From positions 1-36,610 of IMG/VR virus record IMGVR_UViG_3300037801_000074: a DNA stretch of 36,610 nt; one strand, given 5' to 3'. Below the pieces are notes generated by a model. It was not told where the DNA came from and did no database searches. It worked only from the letters and a program-made list of their open reading frames with translations. Position numbers and translations under genes: made by a program. The stretch comes from a virus (Duplodnaviria; Caudoviricetes). Below are positions 25,915 through 32,889 of the stretch, piece after piece (positions within the stretch are counted from its first letter, which is position 1; each line of letters opens with the position of its first letter).

Positions 25915-26203
25915 AGCAACAGTACCATCAGATAAAAACGCTAGGGGATTTCACAACTTACCTGTTGGGTCATTGATTTCATTTCTGCACGAATATAATC
26001 CTGCCACTGACGAAATAGTTGATGAGCCATTAACTATGGAAATTAACGATATTGCAAAAGCACAATTTAAACAGTTAGAACTATACCGACACAAAACAAC
26101 AAAGCTAATAACTTACATGAAGATGTTTAGCACACAAGACAACGCTTACCAAACAACACTAGCAATTGAAAAATATCAAGAGAGAATAAATCATGCTAAG
26201 TAA
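25907..26203 (+). CDS. Hypothetical protein
   Basis: 98 aa; SD AAGGA. Confidence 0.55.
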   Translation: MVEATVPSDKNARGFHNLPVGSLISFLHEYNPATDEIVDEPLTMEINDIAKAQFKQLELYRHKTTKLITYMKMFSTQDNAYQTTLAIEKYQERINHAK

Positions 26204-26239
26204 TTGCATTAGTATTACAAACTGCTACACTAATACTGT
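26204..26239 (+). promoter_or_regulatory. Early-type promoter
   Basis: TTGCAT-N16-TACACT-N8-ATG. Confidence 0.7.
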
Positions 26240-26401
26240 ATGACAAAAGGGGATAAAAAAATGGTTGAATTAAAAGTTTCAGATTTCTTGTCTGAAGTCA
26301 AAGTATATACATTTAATGACCTTACTGAAGAAGACCTTGACAACGTCAAGTCACTTCAAGAACAAGGTGTTGATGTAGAAGTTAATAAGGTAGGTAAATA
26401 A
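26240..26401 (+). CDS. Small acidic protein (start 26240 or 26261)
   Basis: Manual translation (MTKGDKK)MVELKVSDFLSEV...; AAGGGGATA before the second ATG. Confidence 0.55.
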   Translation: MTKGDKKMVELKVSDFLSEVKVYTFNDLTEEDLDNVKSLQEQGVDVEVNKVGK

Positions 26402-26886
26402 TGGCAGGTGGCGACTGTTACGAAGCTAGTTTCAAAGAATTTATGCACAACATAAAAGAATATGACCACAACGATTGGGTCTTAGTACACGCTATGCGTG
26501 AACACATGGGCAAAGGCGCAGAGTGGTGGGGTGGTCATGCGTTCTTACTTAATAAAAAAACAAACAAAGTTATTGACCATAGTATTAGCGCAAGAAATAA
26601 TAATGATGGCGAGCCTATGGTTACAACATTAGACAAAGTCATAGAGATGTGGGATTTGCGAGTTGACCAAGAAGATATGTATGTTGAATACACACGTGGC
26701 GAGATGGTGCAGAAGGCATTAGAAACAGGTCACTATGGGTCTTGGGATTTGCCATTTGAGAATTGGCAAGCTGAAGGTTATGGCGACTACATGAATATAT
26801 TTCAACAAAAGTACATGCCAAGAACACGTAAGTTTTTAGAAGATGCAGGCGCAGGCAAAGTTAAGGACATTAGAGATGAGTTATAA
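26401..26886 (+). CDS. Hypothetical protein with possible Cys-His-Asp (transglutaminase/papain-like) triad
   Basis: GDCYEA...LVH...GHAF...VID. Confidence 0.55.
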   Translation: MAGGDCYEASFKEFMHNIKEYDHNDWVLVHAMREHMGKGAEWWGGHAFLLNKKTNKVIDHSISARNNNDGEPMVTTLDKVIEMWDLRVDQEDMYVEYTRGEMVQKALETGHYGSWDLPFENWQAEGYGDYMNIFQQKYMPRTRKFLEDAGAGKVKDIRDEL

Positions 26887-27226
26887 AGAAGAAGAAACTA
26901 TCAAACTAGATATGATTTATGTCGAAACAAAAACTTGTATTGTGTGTGGTAGAAATGGCGCAGTCAAGTGTTACAGAATAGATTACGATAAGTGGCGTAC
27001 AGGTACTTATGTACAAGATGCTATGCCTTACTTGTCAGCAGGTCGCAGAGAACAATTAATTAATGGTGTTCACCCTAACTGTTCCAAAAGTATTTATGGT
27101 CAAGATAAATGTGAGCATGTTTGGGAAGATGGGTGGTGCGAAAAATGCGAATTGCGCATTACAGAACAATACAAAAAAGAAGATGACGATTTATTTATGG
27201 GATATTATGAAGATACCAAACAGTAA
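26876..27226 (+). CDS. Zn-binding hypothetical protein
   Basis: CIVC..VQDAMPYLSAGRREQLINGVHPNC..CEKC; start probably 26876. Confidence 0.6.
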   Translation: MSYKEEETIKLDMIYVETKTCIVCGRNGAVKCYRIDYDKWRTGTYVQDAMPYLSAGRREQLINGVHPNCSKSIYGQDKCEHVWEDGWCEKCELRITEQYKKEDDDLFMGYYEDTKQ

Positions 27227-27551
27227 ATATTTTAAATTTAGATTAAGGCTTAGAGCTTTTATTTTTAAATTTAACATGCACTTTTGGTACAAAAGATACG
27301 AATTAAATACAAGATACAACAATTTTATATCAGATTACTTTGAGTGGTTTTGGGAAGCAGACAGTTACCACTACAGAAGTTTTAGGCACAGATGGCGCTT
27401 ACACAAACTGCTAGGCACAGAGTTTAAACTGTTTGTATCACAACCTAGACACAAATATTTATTTATGTTGTGTAATTGGTGGTTAAACGCATACGAACAC
27501 TATAATAGTAGATTATACTACACTAATAAAGCGATAGAGAGATGGGGGTAA
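27207..27551 (+). CDS. Aromatic/basic hypothetical protein
   Basis: Likely start MKIPNSKY at 27207. Confidence 0.5.
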   Translation: MKIPNSKYFKFRLRLRAFIFKFNMHFWYKRYELNTRYNNFISDYFEWFWEADSYHYRSFRHRWRLHKLLGTEFKLFVSQPRHKYLFMLCNWWLNAYEHYNSRLYYTNKAIERWG

Positions 27552-27552
27552 T

Positions 27553-27744
27553 ATGCCATTAGTAAAAGAAATTACAAGTAAAGTTAGAACTTATAAACTA
27601 TTTGGTCGCAAGATAACAGTTAGAATAGACCACAAGAAGAAACCTTATTGGGAATTTATAAATAAACAATACATACTAAATGATGATGAGAGAAAACAAT
27701 TAAAAAATGCAATTGATGATTTCATGCTTAATAGGTATAAGTAG
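27553..27744 (+). CDS. Hypothetical protein
   Basis: 63 aa; GGGGG SD-like. Confidence 0.5.
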   Translation: MPLVKEITSKVRTYKLFGRKITVRIDHKKKPYWEFINKQYILNDDERKQLKNAIDDFMLNRYK

Positions 27745-28138
27745 TTTTATAACACCACAAGTAATAGATGATTACAAGTCTTGCTTGTGGTTTTCTGCTA
27801 TTGCAGAGAGAACGAAACAAGCCCATCACGCAATAGTTCTTTATTTACCTGAAGAAGAATACGAGTGGGCAATTAAAACTATTTACTGCGAGAGTAGTGG
27901 CTTAAATTCTGCAACATCATCTGCAAATGCACGTGGCATTTGGCAATATTTAGTTAAAACAGAAAAATGGCTAGAAGAAAAACTAGGCGAAGAATTTAAT
28001 GTACGTAATCCTTATGACGCAACGTACATGACAGCATGGTTATTACGTAACGATGTAAACCCAAAGCGTCATTGGCAACCTTCACAGCACTGTTGGGATA
28101 AAAATATCACAAACTATACCATTAACTTACAAAGTTAA
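27707..28138 (+). CDS. Lytic transglycosylase (SLT/lysozyme-like) with N-terminal hydrophobic segment
   Basis: IYCESSG..A.GIWQY..T.KW..NPYDA..AWL..HW. Confidence 0.8.
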   Translation: MQLMISCLIGISSFITPQVIDDYKSCLWFSAIAERTKQAHHAIVLYLPEEEYEWAIKTIYCESSGLNSATSSANARGIWQYLVKTEKWLEEKLGEEFNVRNPYDATYMTAWLLRNDVNPKRHWQPSQHCWDKNITNYTINLQS

Positions 28139-28161
28139 GTCTATGATATATCAGTAAGCAC

Positions 28162-28201
28162 TACGTAAACAGGTTTACGTAATAGAAAAACTACAGGATA
28201 G
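28162..28201 (+). promoter_or_regulatory. Tandem CAGG(A)-loop hairpins before scaffold
   Basis: TACGTAAA-cagg-TTTACGTA and CTA-cagga-TAG overlapping the SD. Confidence 0.55.
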
Positions 28202-28210
28202 GTGATATAA

Positions 28211-28861
28211 ATGGCAGAAGAAAAAACTGCTGAAAACGTGCAAGAAGCTGAAGTTAGTAGCACTGACGAAGTTCAAGAAGAACAGTCAGTAGTATCTGAA
28301 GCAGAAGGTGTACAAACTGATAATGCTGATGAACTTGATAAGCGAATACAGAGAGCAAATAAGGAAGCGGCAAAGTTCAGAGTAGAAAAAAATGAACTAG
28401 CTGACGAACTTACAGACCTAAAACAAAAGTTAGGTCAAGCATTAGGTTTTGTTGACGAACAAGACGAGAAGGTCGAAGTAGATACTTTAACTAAAACAGT
28501 TTCAGATTTACAGACTGAAAACAAAATGCTAAAGCTACAAAGCGTATTTAACAACGTTGTAGAGCAAGCAGGTGGTGACAAAGAACTTACTTGGGCTTAT
28601 TTGGTCGCATCAGGTAAGTTAGTAGATGTTGACATAGAAGCAGAAGATAGTGTTTCTATTATTCAAGAGCTAGTGCAAACAGCTTTTAGAATTAAACCAA
28701 CACTACAAACGAAAACAGTTGCAGGTGTAACAGCTAGTGGAACTGACATTTCTAAAGAGCCAATACCACTTGATATTGCAGACCAAATTAAAAAACTAGA
28801 AGAAGATGGTAACTTTAAGGACGCAAGAGCATTAAAGATTGCGAAATTAATGGAACTATAA
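28211..28861 (+). CDS. Capsid scaffolding protein
   Basis: Acidic N-terminus, ANKEAAKFR, coiled coil; directly before the major capsid gene. Confidence 0.85.
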   Translation: MAEEKTAENVQEAEVSSTDEVQEEQSVVSEAEGVQTDNADELDKRIQRANKEAAKFRVEKNELADELTDLKQKLGQALGFVDEQDEKVEVDTLTKTVSDLQTENKMLKLQSVFNNVVEQAGGDKELTWAYLVASGKLVDVDIEAEDSVSIIQELVQTAFRIKPTLQTKTVAGVTASGTDISKEPIPLDIADQIKKLEEDGNFKDARALKIAKLMEL

Positions 28862-28901
28862 GTATTAATTTATCAATTTAATTAGAAGGAGATAGCCAAA
28901 A

Positions 28902-29870
28902 ATGGCAGGAATTACAGGGCAAGGTACAACCTTTAACTTACCCAATTACGTGGGTGACTTATTTGAGTTGACACCTTCAGATACCCCCTTCTTATCACTA
29001 ATTGGTGGGCTAAGTGGTGGTGAGAGTACAACTTCACCAACATTTCAATGGCAGGCATTTGACCTTAGAAGCGCAGGACAAAACGTTGCGCTAGAAGGTG
29101 CAAGTGCGCCTACTGCTGAAGCTAGAGTAAGAGCTAACTATTTCAATATATGTCAAATACATCAAGAAGTAGTAGAAGTTTCATATTCTAAATTAGCCGC
29201 AATTGGTGCATTTAGTGGGGAAAACATACAGGGAACAAACCCTGTTACAAACGAAATGGATTTTCAACTAGAGCAAATGCTAAAGCAAATTGCTAGAGAT
29301 GCAGAGTATTCATTTATTCAAGGCGCATTTCAAGAGCCTTCAGATAATACATCTGAAAGACAAACTCGTGGAATATTAGCCGCGGCAGGAAACCATAAAT
29401 ATATGGACGATGGTGGCGATGGTACAGGTACAGACCAAGCACTTACCGAAGACGCTGTATTAGATTTAATGCAGATGATTTGGGAAGATGGTGGTATTCA
29501 AGTATCAGAAACAGCTACCCTTATGGCAAACGCAAACGTCAAAAGACAATTAACTAAGTTATTTGTTACTGACAAGAACTACAGAGAAGAAAGCAGAAAC
29601 GTTGCAGGCGTAAACGTACAAACTATCGAAACTGATTTTGGTAGAGTGAACGTTGTTCTTAACAGACACATGCCTACAACCGAACTTGCAGTCGTATCTG
29701 CTGAACTATGCGTGCCTGTATTTATGAACGTGCCGGACAAAGGCTTCTTATTTACAGAGCCACTAGCTAAAGATGGTGCTAGTGACAAGTTTCAAATCTA
29801 TGGCGAAATTGGATTAAAATATGGTAATCCAAATGCGCATGGCAAGATTACAGACATAGCCGCAATATAA
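28902..29870 (+). CDS. Major capsid protein (SU10/DUF5309-like)
   Basis: TPSDTPFLS, EGA, N.CQIHQE.V.VS, TDFG, EPLAK.G..DKFQIYGEIGL; SD AAGGAG. Confidence 0.9.
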   Translation: MAGITGQGTTFNLPNYVGDLFELTPSDTPFLSLIGGLSGGESTTSPTFQWQAFDLRSAGQNVALEGASAPTAEARVRANYFNICQIHQEVVEVSYSKLAAIGAFSGENIQGTNPVTNEMDFQLEQMLKQIARDAEYSFIQGAFQEPSDNTSERQTRGILAAAGNHKYMDDGGDGTGTDQALTEDAVLDLMQMIWEDGGIQVSETATLMANANVKRQLTKLFVTDKNYREESRNVAGVNVQTIETDFGRVNVVLNRHMPTTELAVVSAELCVPVFMNVPDKGFLFTEPLAKDGASDKFQIYGEIGLKYGNPNAHGKITDIAAI

Positions 29871-29889
29871 ACCAACCATCATAAGTAAT

Positions 29890-29925
29890 AAAGCCCATCA
29901 TTAAGTTGGTGGGCTTTTTACTTTT
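29890..29925 (+). terminator. Intrinsic terminator after the major capsid gene
   Basis: AAAGCCCATCA...TGGTGGGCTTT followed by a T run. Confidence 0.85.
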
Positions 29926-29943
29926 ACGTGTTAAGATACACAC

Positions 29944-30087
29944 ATGGATTTTATAGATGACAAAGGCGTAATTCATAAAAACTTCCCTGTTTGGAAGGCA
30001 GATAAACTAGGGTATAAAGTTTATGATGGCGCAAAAGAAGAAATAAAAATCAAAGAAGACGTAAAAGTTATTGCTGAAGAAGAATAA
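29944..30087 (+). CDS. 47-aa hypothetical protein (leaderless)
   Basis: TGtTAAGAT-N6-ATG; manual translation. Confidence 0.55.
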   Translation: MDFIDDKGVIHKNFPVWKADKLGYKVYDGAKEEIKIKEDVKVIAEEE

Positions 30088-30089
30088 CT

Positions 30090-30248
30090 ATGGCTTGGTA
30101 TTTACTTAACGACCAACCTGTTTTCTTTGAGAACGAAGTTAAAGGACTACGTAAAATAGAAGCACCTGATAAAAAAGGTGGCGCTTGGAAAACTAAAGCA
30201 GGGGAACGTAGAAAAAAACAACAAAAACCTAAATTGGAAGAAGAATAA
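30090..30248 (+). CDS. 52-aa hypothetical protein
   Basis: Manual translation MAWYLLNDQP...; TAATG coupling. Confidence 0.55.
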   Translation: MAWYLLNDQPVFFENEVKGLRKIEAPDKKGGAWKTKAGERRKKQQKPKLEEE

Positions 30249-30694
30249 TGTCAAACAACGTATATTTAAGACCAAGTTACTGTACAACAGGTGAATATGA
30301 AACAGCAACAGGTAGAACTGCATCTGACGATACAGTTACGCTAGCAAAACTTAAACTAGCATCAGATATTATTGATTATCACATTACAACTGCATTTAAA
30401 GTAGATAGTGATGGCAACCCTACAAACAGCGATGTTCACGACATACTAAGAGATGCAACTGCGTTTCAAATGGAATACATGGTAGAACTTGGTATTGACG
30501 AATTTGATAAAATAGAAATGAAGGGTAGTGTACAGTTAGGGTCGCTTAATTTAGACAAATATCCTGACTTGTTATCACCTAGAGCTAAAAGAATTATGGT
30601 TAATCATGGCTTCTTAGGTTATAGGTCTGCAATATTTTATAACTATGATGACAGCTTACCAAAAGCAATAACAGACGACCAAACTTACGAATAA
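30248..30694 (+). CDS. Head-tail adaptor
   Basis: LKLASDIID..LRDATAFQMEY..VQLGSL..LSPRA; synteny. Confidence 0.75.
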   Translation: MSNNVYLRPSYCTTGEYETATGRTASDDTVTLAKLKLASDIIDYHITTAFKVDSDGNPTNSDVHDILRDATAFQMEYMVELGIDEFDKIEMKGSVQLGSLNLDKYPDLLSPRAKRIMVNHGFLGYRSAIFYNYDDSLPKAITDDQTYE

Positions 30695-31041
30695 TGGCAC
30701 ACGCAAGTAATCTTATTGCGCCATTACTTACTATGTCTGTTACAAGATATTCATTAAGTGGTAGTTCTGCTTATGGTGAAGTATTTGACACAGTACAAGA
30801 TACTTTTAAGTGTCGCATAGAGCCTTCTGCTAAACGTATATCAGAAAATGGTAGTAACGAAACAATAGCAAGTGCAAAGCTGTTTTGTAAAGGCGACCAA
30901 GCTGTAGAAGTAGGTGACAAGATTACATGGACACATGGTAGTGAAACTGAAACATATTATGTTTTACAAGTTAATGCAATTATGGGTTTTGCCCACATAA
31001 GCCATAAAGAAGTAATGTTAGGACTAGACAGTGGCAACTAA
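30694..31041 (+). CDS. Head closure/stopper protein
   Basis: Beta-rich 115 aa, YGE..CRIE..VGDKIT; synteny. Confidence 0.7.
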   Translation: MAHASNLIAPLLTMSVTRYSLSGSSAYGEVFDTVQDTFKCRIEPSAKRISENGSNETIASAKLFCKGDQAVEVGDKITWTHGSETETYYVLQVNAIMGFAHISHKEVMLGLDSGN

Positions 31042-31396
31042 TAAATCACAATTTAAGGTTAAGTGGTATGGCGATACAGTAAAAGAAATAACACGTACTG
31101 CTATTGGTCAGGGTGTATTCAGGGGATTAAACCACATTAAGAACGAAGCTAATTTTTTAACACCAATTGAAACAGGCGCACTTCGTAACAGCGCAACAAT
31201 TAAAATGGTTAATGAACGACAAGGTTTTATTTTTTATGACACACCTTATGCAGTAAGACAACACGAAGAATTAAATTATAGACATGACCACCCAACACAA
31301 GCTAAGTATTTAGAAATACCATTTATAACAGAGATGGACAAAGTAATTAATTTTATTGGACAACATATAGATAAGGCTTACGATGTTGGCAAGTGA
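31031..31396 (+). CDS. Neck/tail completion protein (HK97 gp10-like)
   Basis: TPIETGALRNS..YDTPYAVRQHE..AKYLE. Confidence 0.8.
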   Translation: MATNKSQFKVKWYGDTVKEITRTAIGQGVFRGLNHIKNEANFLTPIETGALRNSATIKMVNERQGFIFYDTPYAVRQHEELNYRHDHPTQAKYLEIPFITEMDKVINFIGQHIDKAYDVGK

Positions 31397-31799
31397 AGTA
31401 GCAGAGTGGATAGGTAGCAACATTACAAATTGTAGTTTTGATACAACAGGTGTATCAGGTAATGTTTTTATTTCAACTATGCCTGATAAGCCTGACACAG
31501 TAGTAATGGTTTCAGAGTATGGGTCAACAGGTGACGACAAAAACCCATTTGATGATATAAGCGTACAAGTTAGAGTACGTGGTACACGTGACCCAAGAGT
31601 TAGCTACAACATAGCTAAAGAAATATATGACGAATTACATGGTCTTACAAATACAGTGCTAATATCAGATGGAACACGAATTGTTAAAGTTGTAGCACAA
31701 AATACACCAATTGATATTGGACGTGATGACAACCTAAGACATGAGTGGACAGTGAACTTACAAATTGAAGTTCGCAACATTAGTACAAATAGAAGTTAG
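31383..31799 (+). CDS. Tail terminator (Minor_capsid_3-like)
   Basis: MPDKPD..VQVRVRG..IYDELHG..GRDDN.RHEW.VN. Confidence 0.8.
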   Translation: MLASEVAEWIGSNITNCSFDTTGVSGNVFISTMPDKPDTVVMVSEYGSTGDDKNPFDDISVQVRVRGTRDPRVSYNIAKEIYDELHGLTNTVLISDGTRIVKVVAQNTPIDIGRDDNLRHEWTVNLQIEVRNISTNRS

Positions 31800-31811
31800 G
31801 AAAGGTACAAA

Positions 31812-32240
31812 ATGGCAAATGCAAAAGTAGCATCTAAAACAGCTACATGGGAAGCATCTAACGATAGTGGGTCAAGTTACACTACTATTAATGGAATAAC
31901 AGACTTCTCTATGTCAAATTCACCTACAGACGCAGATGTAACTGACTTCGGTAGTGGACTTGCAACAGAACACAAAGTAATCAGAAGGGCTATTGAGTTT
32001 ACTCTTAATGGTTTCTGGCTAGAAGACGACAGCACAGGCGACATTGATGCAGGGCAAGAACTTGTATATGATGCAGGTAAAGCTGACACAGTTCTTAATT
32101 ACAAGTTAACAACCGATGGTGGTAGCACTATCGTATTCGATGGAACTGCTGTCTTTACACTTAGTGGTGAAGTAAATGGTGTTATGACTTGGTCAGCAAC
32201 ACTTAGAGCATCAGGCGCAGTCACTTATACTGACGCTTAA
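31812..32240 (+). CDS. Major tail (tube) protein
   Basis: DVTDF..FTLNG..GQ..TWSATL..SG; synteny. Confidence 0.8.
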   Translation: MANAKVASKTATWEASNDSGSSYTTINGITDFSMSNSPTDADVTDFGSGLATEHKVIRRAIEFTLNGFWLEDDSTGDIDAGQELVYDAGKADTVLNYKLTTDGGSTIVFDGTAVFTLSGEVNGVMTWSATLRASGAVTYTDA

Positions 32241-32257
32241 TAATCAAAGGAAATAGC

Positions 32258-32638
32258 ATGGCGCAAAACGAAGTATATAAAGACTTTGATGAAGCATGGT
32301 CAGACGTAGATGACCAACCAATAAAAGTGAAAATAGGTGGTAAAACTTATGATTTACCATCTAGTGTAAGCGCACAGTTTATGTTGGAAGTCACTAGGAT
32401 TAGCGCTAATAATCCTAGTGCTTCTGAATTAACTATGGCAGACATGGGTCGCTTGGTAAGTGCTTTATTCGGTAAATCAACTATGGACGAGTGGCTAGAT
32501 AATGGTATGTCACTTAATCAGTTAAACGATGTAATGATGTTTGTATTAGACAAATATGGTTTGGTCGGTGGTGATGCTGACCCAAAAGTAATACAGCAGA
32601 GTACAGAGCAGAACAAAAAGTCAGACAAGGCGAAGTAG
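32258..32638 (+). CDS. Tail assembly chaperone (G)
   Basis: KDFDEAW..IGGKTYDLP; between tube and tape measure; slippery site near the end. Confidence 0.75.
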   Translation: MAQNEVYKDFDEAWSDVDDQPIKVKIGGKTYDLPSSVSAQFMLEVTRISANNPSASELTMADMGRLVSALFGKSTMDEWLDNGMSLNQLNDVMMFVLDKYGLVGGDADPKVIQQSTEQNKKSDKAK

Positions 32639-32883
32639 AAGAATTTTTTAACAATTGGAACGTACTCGAAGCTGACTTCCAAAGAGAATATAGCATCAAT
32701 CTGATGCAAGAATTAAATGATGGTATGTCATGGCGCAGGTTTAATGTATTGTATAATTGCCTAAGCAGTCAGAGTGTAACAGTAGAATTAAAGTCGCATA
32801 AGATGACACAGCTTAACAGTGGCACTACTAATATCACTACTGACAAGCACTTAGATAAATATTTAAAACAACAGTTTGGATAG
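32581..32883 (+). CDS. Tail assembly chaperone GT extension (Gp15-like) via -1 frameshift
   Basis: C CCA AAA at 32581-32587; the -1 frame is open to TAG 32883 and encodes LEADFQREYSINL..MSWRRF. Confidence 0.8.
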   Translation, partial: PKSNTAEYRAEQKVRQGEVEEFFNNWNVLEADFQREYSINLMQELNDGMSWRRFNVLYNCLSSQSVTVELKSHKMTQLNSGTTNITTDKHLDKYLKQQFG

Positions 32884-32889
32884 GACAAC

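Noticed and set aside
2096-27206. Track start sites at 2096, 2949, 4236, 24948, 25226, 26843 and 27063
   Set aside because: Downstream ATGs with SD or TAATG/ATGA coupling fit better; coordinates were adjusted in the feature list
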